From contig NMRA01000313.1 in the NCBI GenBank assembly GCA_002633005.1, positions 454,518 to 518,517 of the forward strand: a stretch of 64,000 nt of DNA, written 5' to 3'. The notes under the pieces are model-generated. The model did not search any database and was not told the DNA's origin. It was given only the letters and a program-made list of their open reading frames with translations. Positions within the stretch are counted from its first letter, which is position 1. Every line of letters starts with the position of its first letter. A program made the translations under genes and the position numbers. Positions 13,340 to 26,952 of this stretch are shown in pieces. Origin of the DNA: Phoronis australis. Its lineage: Eukaryota; Animalia; Phoronida.

Positions 13340-13800
13340 AGATGTAATACTTGTGTGATATTATAATATACATGTAATACACGTGATATACATGTAATAA
13401 AAATGTGGATATACAGGTAATAAAAATGTGATATACGTGTAATACACTGTGTGATATACATGTAATACACTGTGTGATATACATGTAATACACTATGTGA
13501 TATACATGTAATACACATATGACATACATGTAATACACGTCATACACATGTAATACACTGTGTGATATACATGTAATACACATGAGATATACATGTAATA
13601 CACTGTGTGACATTCATGTAATACATTGCATGACATATATGTGTGATACACAAGTAATACAGTGATATGATATACATGTAATACATGTGATATGCATGTA
13701 ACACACTGTGACATACATGTAATACAGTGATATACATGCAAGACACATGTAATACACATGTGATATACATGAAAAATACAGGATATACATGTAATGCATA
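13340..13800. repeat. Minisatellite, ~21-25 bp unit gatatacatgtaatacactgtgt
   Basis: About 20 degenerate copies around the palindrome TACATGTA. Explains the repetitive ORFs at 13318-13927. Confidence 0.95.
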
Positions 13801-15297
13801 CGAAAGTCCAGGATTTGCAAGTGCTGAATATATTTTTGAAATATGACCCAATCAATTTGAATTTTAAAATGCTGTTCCAAATCAGATATCCAAGAATAAC
13901 TGCCTGCAAAAAGCACAAGCAATCCATAAAACCTAAAATGCAGTAAATCAGTCCGGCAGAATTTGATACAATTTTAAAGCCATGAAATTCAATTAATGAA
14001 CTTAAAAACCATCATGATGCTAGGTTAATAAAATCAATACCCTCTGACAGCCAGTGTTGGCTTGGAACTTTGAGGCTTGCTAAAGTTGAGATACTGTTCT
14101 TCTCCCAGGAGGGTAATGGNTGCATGAGCCATAGATCTTGTACAATTTACTCTTTCGAGAGTTGAACAGCTTGGACGGTGCAGTCTTAGGGCGGTGTTTG
14201 AGTGGCAAATGACCAATAAACATGATGGCCTAGAATAACGTATTCCCAATGCAAGTGTGGCCAGGAAAGTTTGGCAAACACAGAGTTCGCTCGGCATGAA
14301 CACTTGACAAAACTAGATACAACAAACTATCTGCAGCCACTGAACCATGTGACGCACTGCAGTGTTGTACAATTTTGCCGCAAAGCATAAACAAATTAAA
14401 ATTCTATTTGGAATTCAATCACCTTTACAAAAACCTCATCAAATGAGCCTGTTACACCTGGAGCCTCAGAGAAGTAACTAGATTCAGATTAACCAGACCA
14501 GTCATCTGTAGGCCACCACTCTAAACAAGTGTTCGCTAATCCCCAACAAACACCAAACGATGGTTATGATAATTAGACAGTCAAATCCCATTAGTAAACA
14601 GTTGCAGTAATGAATTAGTCACACAGGTAGTTTGCTTCCCAAGGGACAACTCAAGACTTCCATCAGCATGCCATATTTAGATTGGACAAGCAAACAGTCT
14701 CAAGCGAGCAATTTGCAAACGACAAAGACTCTAATCCATATTAATTATTAAAACACTAACATTTAAGATTAAAGACATGCTGTCTAGTGACCACACAAAC
14801 TGCCACAGCCTCTGATTAACAAGTTTGTCAATTCCCTGTCCAAATGTAATATTTATGAACAATCCTCTCTGGTCCTTCCATAAAAATATCTGCAATTAAG
14901 ATTTTAGCCACCAGATGGCATGCGTGTTCAGAATAGTAGCAAAGAGATGAAATCGGCTCCCACTTGACACAGTTCAACACATTCTGAAGACTGTCACATT
15001 GTGGAGTAGACGACAAAGAAATATTGCACAGTTCCGCAAAACCCACGACAAGTAGAGATGACTTCAACCAGACACGCAACGCAATTCTATTCTGAACTTT
15101 TCGGCACTAATCTGTCAGAGACTTATAAGCGTTACAGTCGCCACCTCACAAAACCCCAACTGGTTGGCAACAAAAAAATTTGGGTTTATGGCTTGTGTAG
15201 ACCCACTAAACCAGCCTCAATGAGTTTTCTTATCAGCAGTCTGTGTTCATAAAGTTCTGTTATCAATAGTGATTTGTACAACAGCCTTTTGACTCAC

Positions 15298-15353
15298 CAT
15301 ACAGGAACAAAAGCTATCAAAAGAATTTGTCTACCAGATTTAAACAAAAACAT
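15298..15353 (-). CDS. Variable first coding exon V8 (MFLFKSGRQILLIAFVPV-C)
   Basis: Acceptor ctttgtgttgcag directly followed by aaacATG, 56 nt, phase-2 donor TG|gtgagt. A possible upstream UTR exon ends at donor CTG|gtgagt at 15881. Confidence 0.55.
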
Positions 15354-16040
15354 GTTTCTGCAACACAAAGCCTATCCAAGCAATAAGCAATATTTACAGA
15401 ATTTGAATTGTAGCTAACAACATATCAATAAAACTTAAATGTCTTATAATGAACAAGGTATTCATAAGAAACTGACCACAGAGGGGGTGGCAGTATGAGA
15501 CCAGCAACCTTTGAAACTATTCAGTTTGTATTCATTTATGGAATTCGGGTATAAATGAAAAACCCTTTTCCTTGTCTTTGCATGACTGGCCTTAAAATAT
15601 GTGCAAAACTAAAAAGGTTTAATTTACGATCTCAACAAAAGATTTTTTTCAGTCATATCCAAAAAATTTCTGTACCCTGACAAAGAAAAGTGGCAAATAT
15701 TTTACCAATCTCAGTGGAGTGCGGTTAGGTCAGGATGAAACAAAAAGTATGTTTAAGGCGTGTATCTGAATTGTTGAAAACATCCATTTATTACAAATCT
15801 ATTCACAGCAACAAAGCAATTGAAATGCACAGACACTTAAAGGGACGTCCTGGGTGAGATAAGTAACTTACTTAACTCACCAGACTCCAATAGCCGCAGT
15901 TGAATGCCCTACAGCTGAGCCAAATCCCGTCCATTAAATAGCAAACTATTTCAAACGAGATAACTATTCCAGTGGTAAAGACGGAAGAGTTGATTTCAGC
16001 GAATGTCAAGCAGACAACAGTGAGAATTTACAACTCCGGC

Positions 16041-16112
16041 CAAAGCTAATAACTTCAAGAAGTCTGTCCCATCCAACAATAATAATTTCAAGATGTCTGT
16101 CCCACCCAACAA
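16041..16112 (+). repeat. Dispersed repeat with internal 33-bp duplication; second copy at 21187-21225
   Basis: Identical 25-mer caaagctaataacttcaagaagtct at 16041 and 21187. Confidence 0.75.
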
Positions 16113-17480
16113 TAATCACAAAACTGCAATTTTGGCTGCAGAAACGATAATGTCCATTTAAGACGCACAGTAAGAACAACGGAAACAAAAAGAACGAACT
16201 TAAAGCAATCAGAAAAGCATGCTCAACATACAGTTACGGTGATCACGTGAACATACAGAGATAGACACACACTCCTTGTTTTAAGTGTCAAAAAATTTTA
16301 AAATGCAGACCGAAGCTTGAGGGAAAAAACACCAACAGTTGATTCTGTCCATTAACCCGATTTAATCCTCAAAATATGGCCACTTAAGTCATATGTCATT
16401 ATCAAAATTCCATCATCAATGTTTAATTTGATTACAAAGCTTTCTCCATGAACAGTTATTTGAAACCAAACTGTTTTTGCCAACGATTTTGTGATCCAAT
16501 TACGAAGTTGGTTTTGCTAAACTGTAGTGAAATATCGATTTCACCAATAAGAGGAATACATGTGTACCCGGAGGCACTCGCAAAAATGCAAAAATTCTCA
16601 CAATTAGTTTCACAAACCACAGTCATCGCAATTCTATGTATTGGTTTTTAGGGTTAATACAAGGGAAACACACTTCAATACAATGCCGGGAGTTCAAATT
16701 CAGTTCGATGAATCGGACGCTGCACCCAATCACAATGGTTACACCCCGTTGTGAAAGTAGGCGTTTGGGCCATCACTTGCTCTCTATGCATAGAAATGGC
16801 AAACAAACAACTGAAGAGCAAAAATTTATTGCACAAATATGACTGAAACTCAAAAACGTCTAAGAAGTGCACAAACAATTTAAAGGACATTATCTAGTTA
16901 ATAAACATTTATTTATTATGGTTTAAAGACTTAATTCTTTTTTGACCACGTCTTTAAACCATTTATCTCCTCCCAAGTCAATATCCAATGTAGTCATTGC
17001 CATCTGAAGTGTGAATACATATTTGAGACACCTTGTATACTATATTGAATATATACCAACATGAATCTGATCATCAAATATACCATTATTTCTTTGAATT
17101 GGTAATTCTTATTATTTTGTATAAAAATGTTGCATGAATTCCGTTACAAAAAATGACTACATCCTATGAATAATTAATTCTACAATCGTTTAACAGGATG
17201 AAGAAATTTCTTGCAGAGTGGTGTTCAGTTTTGTCAATAATTTGGCAAGAACAAAATCGCATTTTCTATTAACTAGGTGCCTATAGAAATATGTTAAACC
17301 TGTTTATGATTCACTTCAGAACAACTCAGTATTTATAAACATGTTTTATCATAACCGTAATGTAATCGTGGTTAGTTAACTACCCCTGTGCTTTTCCAGT
17401 TTGAATGCCACTAACCTCTTCAACGGTCCCAGGAACAGTACAAGTTAAAAGTTGATTCAGACAAATTGTCCCAGAATTCT

Positions 17481-17560
17481 CTGTCATGATGGCTGGGCAT
17501 CACCCAAATTCATCATCCGAGTAGCCTTCCCTCATGACCACGAGAGGGAATTAGGAGGAA
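17481..17560 (+). repeat. Dispersed repeat; second copy at 63422-63490
   Basis: Identical 20-mer ctgtcatgatggctgggcat with further similarity downstream. Confidence 0.75.
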
Positions 17561-18128
17561 AGTGAGTTAGGGGGATTAGCCATTTCGTAGTTAGAATTTT
17601 GTGCCAATAATATTTAGTCACTAGCACTTATTTCTGATGAATTTAAGCCCTCATAATGGACAAAAGGTATTTTTATAACTTTAGTCTCATAATATAGCTT
17701 TCAAGGTGCAATAAAATTTCAAAGAGACAAAGTGAAGAGCTTTAGGAGAGCACAGGAAGAAACAAAATCGTTTTTCAAATAATTACAGATAGAACTCCTT
17801 GAGCACACAGGAACCAATGATTAAAAAGTTGTCTGGAAATTCTTACCCATGACTGTACCTCAGAATTGGTAAGCGAGAGAACAGCATGCTTGTATAGACT
17901 TTTAACAGTTTATACCACCCAAATCCATGTCTACATACATCATCCAAGTCTAATTAAAACGCATTACAACGCCTGTTTAAGGCATTCAGTTGCATGTGAC
18001 ATGTCACTTAAGTGAACTAGGATCAATTGTGCACAACAATAACCTTAATTAACAGATCACATGCGTCATGGCTGAGGAAGTCAGAACTAAAATAACATTA
18101 CAAACATAAACAGTTTCCATTTACTTAC

Positions 18129-18367
18129 TAGGTAGTACACACACTCAGTTGCATGGGAACCCATCTACATAATTTCTTCCGAGCAGCGAGCGATGACGGA
18201 AACTCTACGCTGTCTGGCACGTGAAGGACACACATCTTTGCGGGAATGCTGCATATGCAGACCTGACATTTGCCACAACCACTTCGCATTGACTTGACAG
18301 GCGGCAGGATTCGATAGCCACCGAACAGTTTATTATGCATCGTAATGTTTACTCGGCCATTCAACAT
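18129..18367 (-). CDS. Variable first coding exon V7 (79 aa, Cys-rich)
   Basis: accATG, 239 nt open: MLNGRVNITMHNKLFGGYRILPPVKSMRSGCGKCQVCICSIPAKMCVLHVPDSVEFPSSLAARKKLCRWVPMQLSVCTT. Phase-2 donor TA|gtaagt; the ORF-track stop TAG is formed by the donor G. Confidence 0.72.
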
Positions 18368-21300
18368 GGTCGGTTTGCAGCAACATATGTCTGCTGAACA
18401 CAACTGTTTACGAAGAACGGCTTATCCCAACTAACACTTGTCAGCTTTTTTTAGTGAAAACATCAATCACTCAATAAAACGTGTCATTTCCCAATTCAAT
18501 CCAAGCACCAATAAGTGCTCTGAGTATTTTCACAAGCACGTCAATTTTTGTCCAATGTATTTGAACAGTCATTAGCGCAATACAATACCGAGGCTAATGA
18601 TCCGAGAAATTTCCACCAACACTCTGACCGGCTGCACAAAGTTGAAGCTGAATCGAAAGCAACAACAAAATGGTTCACAATTACGAGTAACACTTGGTTA
18701 CTTTTACGAGACAAAGTGAGGCTTGTTATGTGCCTCTGATCCCGTGTAAGGTATTATCGCTCCTTATCCTGTTCTAGAAATAATCGCATCGCCTGGTTGC
18801 TAGGTATTTTTGTAAAGACAGAAAACAGTCTTGTGCATGGGATGTCAAGAGCAATTATTCCAAATGTCAGGAACTGTACGATGAATCTCAGCACAAATAC
18901 TCTCCTCCTTGGGCCAGAATTCACAATCAAACCACAGGTGTTGATCATCTGTTGAACTGAACAATTGGATTTCACTCCTGTGTGACTTTAATTCCACAAT
19001 CAGCCAACATTCGAGTCACTTACCAGACAACAGAAGAAGCAGGGTCATAAAAAAATATGAGAAATTGTCCTACATGTCAAATAACTGGACTACATCTTCA
19101 AAGACAAACATGGCGCATGACAACCACAAACAAAACCCCATTTTCCACCTGTCCTCTGACAAGCCTACAGTCTGGGCCACCACTTCAAGTGAGTGAAGAT
19201 CAAACTGAAGCTTCCCACTGTGCACTCCTTTTGCCCATTTGTCAAAACAAATTAGGGATGAGCACAAAGGAGTCAGTCTGGTGGACACATCCCACAGCAG
19301 TAAATTACACCCAAAGTAAACACCCTCTGGTCCCTAAATGCCTGACAAGAGTACCCAGCTCCAACCAAACACACCGCTGCTGGTTAAAGGAGTCACAGCT
19401 CAGTGGAAGGTAGATTATTCCAGGAATAATTTATAGATGAAATTGATTTTTTCAGTAATCCTTCCAGAACATCACATTATGAAGGGATCAACAAAACAAC
19501 GGATGCATTAAAGTCGTAACTTATACATCGATGGCCGTCAAATAGGCAGAGTGCACAAACATCAGAGTTTCAAATACCTTTCTTCTAAAAAGACAGCAAA
19601 CTTCACATTTTAGGCCTAAATACACTCTCACAAAATTTTCTACCACAATGTGAAAATATGAATACTAAACAATCGCAACAAGATCAACGATGACCAAATA
19701 AAAATGCTAAGGTAAATAACACAGAGTAACAGACAAAAAACTTCAAATGTTGGGCCTCAGCAAGCTACCTATGAAGTATTCTAATTTCAATACAAAGTCT
19801 TGCACTAAAACTGGAACCGACAAAGACAACAGAAAGTATCCAACTGATTGGCATAGCACACAAAACTGGTGGTATCCCTGGCGTAGAGTTCACAAGTTTT
19901 GGAATCAACAAAACTTCGTGTGAAGTGTTTCAACAGTTCCGCAGATATCTGTGTTCATTTCATCCATTCCCACGTCAAAAGAAGCCCTTCCAAAATAATG
20001 TGCAGCTTGAAACAACATTATTAACATATACATTCAGTTCTGATTATGAATGCTTTAGGTCCTACTATGGGGCAATATATCTTATTCAACGACATGAATG
20101 GTTATTGATTTATATACATTTATAATTGAAGTTATTGCAACAAGCTTTGTTGATACAAATAAAATACTTTATGTCGTTGCCTTGTTGTGATTAACATTAA
20201 ATTGTTGCAGTCATACTACAGGAACTAACAATCAATCAACAACAGAGAAGTCAATAATACATACAAACTTGCCCTAACCCAATCACCTGAGACAGATCAG
20301 AAAGTCTACCTCTCGCACATAATTACTAAGTAAGACGAGCAAATGCATCCTCATGCGGTATTTTATATGTCTTACATTTTCAATTCAAAATCAAGGTTGA
20401 ATGATTTCATTCGATGGTGTTTATGTTTAGTTTGCAAGTAAACTATAGGCTAAAATCGCATAAATCTAAAGCACAACATGCCCCGCAGACGAAATTTGCT
20501 TTTTTCAGTTTTATTCAATAAAAAGATAAGTATCGTACATGGCAAAGGTAATCGAACAAAACACTTTTTCTCAGTCATGACGGCTAATCGGTCAACATAA
20601 AAAATGATGAGTTCAAAATACTTTTACTGTGACAATATTGTAATGGCAGAACGGCTTTGCCAATGTAACATTCCTATTATTTCCCATTCATGATACTTAT
20701 GAAATACGAATTTCATCAAACTTCAATATTCTTCATCACAGTGTCATGGATAAGAATTCATTCTAGTACTAAATCAAGACGTTCAAAAGCATGCAGTTAA
20801 TGTGAATGGTCTTTAACTCAAGTAAGCAGTTGAATCCACTCATTTCTGACACTCTAGTACAGGCAGTAATGTTTCATTGTTGAGACATAACCAAAATAAT
20901 AAAGTACAGCTCATTTAATGATATACAGTGAGAAAAGTGATTTTCTGAGATCACCTACAACAGGGAACTCACAACCCAAGCTGTCACAGTTTATTGCTCT
21001 GCTGGCGGAGCTACCGTGACCACGCTCAATTAATGGCAAAGTATTCTAAGCTTATTTAACAGGTTAAGTCACTGTCATTGATTTCAGCAATTGTCTGCCA
21101 CACACTGGCAAGCATTTGACAATTTGACATAAAATCATAAAATCACACAAACAATGAATCAAATCGTGTTGTTTTATAGCTCTGGTCAAAGCTAATAACT
21201 TCAAGAAGTCTATCCCACCCATCAAGGATAACAAAGTGTTTTTCTCAGACGTAAAAACAGCAATAAATTTCCCTATAACAGAGCTCTGAGTCCTTGATTA

Positions 21301-22086
21301 ACATTGACAATTCAACTTAATGAGAACTTTGAAAAATGAACTAGTTTTCAAAACGAAACGTACGGGCTCCCTGATCTCATACTTATCATAAACTACCATT
21401 TCTTAGTCTTGACAAAAATCTGTCCACCTTTCCATCCTTTCAACATCAATTTTTTACTCTTAGGTTACATATTTCAAAGTGTGAATTTTGATTCATTTTT
21501 TGTCAATTATTTCATATTCATCACTTAACCTTACGGGTTTTTGCAGTGTCTGTACTAAAGTTTAACACAAATCATATCACACCAGGTAACTTTTACACCT
21601 ATCAGCTATCTACAAGACACGAACTGATTATGAATTAGAGCCAATAGTTACAGCAGTCAGATAAGCTGTGTCTAATTTTTTCCGAATTTATTAGAAACAC
21701 AAGAGACATGCGTAATGTCAAAGTTTGAAATGCAAGAATTGTTGTACTAATAAAGAACTTGAACAAAATTACATGCACATTCCTGTTGCATCATCAAGTG
21801 ATGAGTTTACGATTATACCAATGGCATTTAAAAGTATAACCACGCCAAAGACCTTGAGCATTCTCCGACAACTCTCCTTGGCATTCTCCAAGTGGAAACT
21901 TAACTTCCTGTCAGTAAATGTACAATAACTTTGTTAAATTTCAAAAAATGACACAGCACGTATAGATGAATAAGAGATGAGCAAGAAAGAAATTCGACAG
22001 AATTGAAGAAACTGTATTGTTCTAGGAAGCTAGACAATCATTGGTGCTTAGATAAGAAGTAAGGCTTCCTATGTACAAGTACTTAC

Positions 22087-22223
22087 TTCAAATATAACCG
22101 ATATTCAGGCAAGATTTCAGTTGGCGTGGGACGGAAACGTAACTTCAAACTGTCATACGGCAAGGACATCAGAGCATCCACATAGCACTTTCTTTCCACA
22201 AGAGGTAATCGCAACGACATCAT
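22087..22223 (-). CDS. Variable first coding exon V6 (45 aa)
   Basis: 137 nt open: MMSLRLPLVERKCYVDALMSLPYDSLKLRFRPTPTEILPEYRLYL. Phase-2 donor AA|gtaagt. Locally CpG-retaining. Confidence 0.7.
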
Positions 22224-25039
22224 TGCATCAAAGACCTCCACCGTACTATCACATCCAATATATGTATAACACCAGTAGTTGAACACGTATGGTTAAGCAT
22301 AACATCCAAGCTTTTCAGCTTTTCAGAAGCTTTTCTTAGCATCTAAATTGTCATGCAAACAACCGCTTAGTTCAAGAGCACAAATCCGAACCACGTCTTG
22401 ATTGGTGGCATAATTAAATCGTCAATGTTGGATTCGCAAACATACAAATCCAAAACACAAGCTACCGATAGGATTATTCATCTCATAGATAAGATTATGA
22501 TCCTGCAAACACCACGTCTATAGCAGTTTCAAGAGCACGTAATTTTTCACGAATTTATCTCCTTTAATAGCCAGAGAAAAGTTTATAAAATGACACAGTT
22601 ATTAAGGCAAACAGAGCAACACAACAGTAACCACATAAACACACTGAAGGCTTGCCTCAAGCCAGGTTGCATGCCTTTAATCCATATAAATCTGCTTACA
22701 CATGCAAATCAAACTGGGATCAACTGCCTTGCAATTTGACTAGTCTACTGATCAAGCTCATTCTCATCAAAATTTTTAACTCATTTTACACCTTGGTCGC
22801 ATAAGCTTCCGGCGTTGATTCGTAAGATTGAGGCAGAAAATTGTCATATTGACCGAAAGTCTAATGACAAGTGGAGTAGTGTCCAGGTGTCAGCATTACA
22901 AATGACCAATTGTACAACTGATCACAAAAAAATCACTCGATCGTGCTTAATCATTTGGATGGAACTCAATCGTTGGGAAAAGAACCCGCCTTCCTCCAAA
23001 AATTATTTTTGTTTTGGACTAATTACACTACAAACCTATGTTGTTAATTATTCATAATTGAATACTGTGTTCGGTACGAACTGGTGTTAACTGCTCAGTG
23101 CATAACAGGACCTACTGTGACAACCTAACATGCCGATTCTATGAATAACAGGCATGTCGTGGTCACGTGACATTTGGTGGCTGACGTAATTTTTGTACGG
23201 TAAATATGCAACAAATTCAGTACCAAAGAATAAAACTCAATCAGCGAAACAATGCACATCCGCACAATTGGGAAGTGTAAGTATTCTGAAGCTTTTTTAT
23301 TCCATGCAAAACTATTTAATACAGAACCAATGTAAGACACGAAGATTATTTTTGTGAAAGTTGCACTGCATCATCAACCTGGGCATAGATTGCCTCCTGG
23401 AAGTATTTTAACAGGAAGTTTTTCTTTTCAGTCATTTCCAAAATTTGAACCGCTAAAAAAGGATGGAATTTACACTTAGATTTAACAACGTAGATTCCAT
23501 TCATATTGCAAGTCACTCAGAATTTTAACATTTTTTTCAACAAGTATTTTTAAGTTCTTTACTTAGCTGATCCAAAAAACATGTCAGTAATAGAGAACAG
23601 ATTCAACACTTGTGTCAACAACTAGGCTTGTCGCAAATTCTTTAACTTTAGGTCTGTGGCTCGGTTTAAACACCCATCTCCAGGTAAGCAACTACACCAA
23701 TATTCTAGAAACTTCTTTTTGAAGCGACCATCTGGGTTAACATTGATATTTGGTCAGATTTTAACACCACATAGTGATGGCATTTTCCTCTGTCCTTATG
23801 CATTCCTTGCATCACAGTCAAGAACAAATTTATAGAAATTTTCTCGTTAAGCAGCATGCGTATGTTCCAAGAGACCGCACTTTTACAAGTTACATTTTAT
23901 TATTTTTCATAAATAGTTGTTTGGAGTGTAAGTGCAATTTTCTTACTTTAGTCTAAAGTCCCTTTTCATACATTATACCCCTGATAATACCTAATTTGGA
24001 GAACAGAGGGTCCAAGATTTTCGCAAATCAAAACAAAGAAGCAGTCTGGATTATGCAGCAGAAAACTCCTATTGATTGAAACAAAGGTGCATTCTAACTC
24101 AAGGTTGTGAAACCCTGTATGACACCCAGCGACACCTAGCAGCAGTCCAACACATCAAGAAAGTCTTCAACCATTGCAAGTGAGAACCCTATAATTCTGG
24201 CAATTTTGTATTTTATTTAAGTAAATAATGAAAGTTTATCTCAGGACTTCCTTTAAAATATGTTTTACTGCCCTTAATTTTAAACGACATACTCAAGGGG
24301 CACTGAAGTTTTTAATATTATTTTGTTTTCTTTTCAGAGGAATCATGACAACGTCTGAGCAGTAAAACTGAATAAGGCATAATGTAACTTTGCTCCTTAG
24401 ACATGTGTAAATTAAGTCCCATTAGCCCTTACGAGATCTCCAGCTAAAACACTAAAAAAATTGGCAATGCAATGTATTATTTCACACAAAAATCATTGGC
24501 AAAATTATAGAACCCCTAATCGTGTCTTGAGAAAGCACTGTTTATTTCGTTTTGGCATGTTGAAATAACTTAAAAAATAACTTAAATGTCAATTATTTTA
24601 CTTGTACCACGAGTATCCCTGCAAATGATCCAAACTAGGTTAGGTTATATGACATGCAACACAGGCAAACATTCATTCATGTGCGCAAAAAAAATGCTCC
24701 CGAAGCGATTCCTCACACAGCACAGGGAATGAATGAATGAATAACACTCATATTTTACACAGAAACCAAGCAGACACGATCATGGCGCATGGATAAAGAA
24801 CAAACGGACGGTTGGCTTAAGATAAAATTATACAATAAAGATCTAGTTTCTTAATGAAATAGTCTGGCAACTGAAATCATGTGTTGGTTATGAACTAAAT
24901 TTTATCAGTTTAATGGACTACCATGTTATGACAACAAAAGAACCTAAAGAAGTATTGCACCCATGCTTGCTGTCAAATCAACAAATTCTGATTAGGTCAC
25001 TTACCATTGGACTTTTATTGTTCCTTACTCAGTTTAGAA

Positions 25040-25181
25040 GTTCAGCAGCTGTCTCGCGGCGAGAAAAACCTAGCCAAAATCATGCCTAGCCAAAATCATG
25101 CGCTCTCTTATAAAATTACCGGCAATAATCTCGTGTAATCTCGCGAAGTCGTGCTTTCTATAGGTCCTAGCATTACTGAAC
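25040..25181 (-). mobile_element. MITE, same family as 48681-48821, opposite orientation
   Basis: Reverse complement gttcagtaatgctaggacct...gacttcgcgagattacacgagat aligns with gttcagtaacgctaggacct...gacttcgcgagattacgtgagat at 48682. Confidence 0.8.
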
Positions 25182-25409
25182 TCTTAGCCAGGGCTCCGGA
25201 AGAACAGTTAGTTTGCTACTTCAAGGAGAAATTCCAGGTCACAGTGTAACCAAAAATTTCATCACCTTGTTATGAAGAAATAACAAATTGTAAGTTCGTT
25301 CCAAGCCTGACAAAGAAACAATTTGAGACCATTCATAATTTGATAAGTGGCCTAAATCAAAAGCATTGGTTTAATGTTGCTCCAAAAGAGAACAAGTTTA
25401 AATACTTAC

Positions 25410-25531
25410 ATATTAGACATGTATTCCTTTATCCATTTAGCCTTTTGCTTGACCATCCATAAATTGAACGAAAATGTGCCATGATTCAAGGGCCTATGGC
25501 CTGCCATGCCAGTATAGCGATAATCATTCAT
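25410..25531 (-). CDS. Variable first coding exon V5 (40 aa)
   Basis: 122 nt open: MNDYRYTGMAGHRPLNHGTFSFNLWMVKQKAKWIKEYMSN. Phase-2 donor AT|gtaagt. Confidence 0.62.
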
Positions 25532-26939
25532 GGGTACAACACCGACATCCACAAATACTGCAAGAGGATGTCCAACTCCAAGGAAACAAACAAACGACAC
25601 GTGTAGGTAGAACACCTCCAGCAGAAAGTATTTAAATAAATGGATAACATGTAAGTATATGTGACGCCAAAATTATCAAATTAAAACTGATCAGCTAGTT
25701 AATGGCAGCTCCAGGCAAACAATTAATATGAGATTCCGACTTTTCAGCGCCAATGCTTGGTGATCACTCGTCTGACTTCCATTTATGCTGTCACAAGCAT
25801 AGCAATAGCTCAACTCGACAACAGTTCCTCTCCAAGGAATGAGTTATCCTGGTTTTGTGAGATATACGATAGTTAATATTTTATATGCCAGATCAAATAT
25901 TTGACTTGAAAACTTGAAGCAATAAAACATTTTAAATCCCTCGAATCAACAAGTGGCTGAGGAAACCCATTGCCAAAGATGTAGTGGTGAGAGGTAGTCT
26001 TCGAATGCTTATGTTTGCTTAAAGTTTTGGGTCTTCATATTTTACCTTTCTATGCATGACAAGGTGGTATTAGTAAGGTTTCAGTTCCAACAGCCAGGAG
26101 GCAGTTAGGTCAGCAATCCATACATCAGCGCCACTAATAGTCCATGTTGAGAAAACAGCAGTTTCACGGATTTAATGCACCTTTACTAATGTCAATGCAG
26201 GTCTACAAAGATGAAATCTCACTGGCAACGCACCCAAACTACAAACACTCAGAACAGTCTTTTCGCAAAATTATCCTGACCATCTGGTATGAAAACGATG
26301 CCTTGCCCTTCAACAGCTCTAAAACCAAGACATTTTAGATATGCTTCAGTTCTTCTTTGGAGATTGTAGCATTCCATATCAATTTGATAACAGCAAGGTA
26401 AATGCTAGTACACAGGTATTGTCAGGTTGCATGTCAACAGGTTTTGGAGGTGTAGTGATGTAGTCAATCAAAGTCTGGTCACCACAAAACAGTGAACCAA
26501 CACAAGGTCTGTTAACTGTACAAGCAAAGATCCCAAAGCAACTAATCTTAGACAGGTTTCTTGATCACTGTTGGCTACTATTAGTAAATGAATAATAAAA
26601 TTTTATTCACTGCGGTGTTTATGAAACTCCACACGGTTTACCCTAAACAACAAGTCGGTGCTGGTGCTTTGATTTACACAACCATCTCTGTAGCATAAAT
26701 TACACTGCTGGACAATTGAATTTTCAATACATACCATTCTACCTTTGCAGTTGTGTTATTTATAAAAACAGCACCACAAAGACAGACAAATAAATTACAT
26801 CTAATGTTCCCCAAGATCAACAATGCATTTGATTTGATGAAATGTTAACTGGGAAATATTCAATACAGATGATCCACAGAAATCAAGAAATCAATGCCAT
26901 GAAATTTGCGCTCATGAACAACTATAGTATTTGCTACTA

Positions 26940-26952
26940 CCACCAGGGGGCG
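26940..26952 (+). promoter_or_regulatory. Consensus-matching CTCF motif
   Basis: CCACCAGGGGGCG, between V4 and V5. Motif match only. Confidence 0.5.

Noticed and set aside
13318-13927. Five overlapping Cys/His/Tyr-rich ORFs
   Set aside because: They are translations of the minisatellite.
14034-14303. 89-aa ORF containing an ambiguous base (n at 14120)
   Set aside because: No fitting splice sites or homology; the N is an assembly ambiguity.
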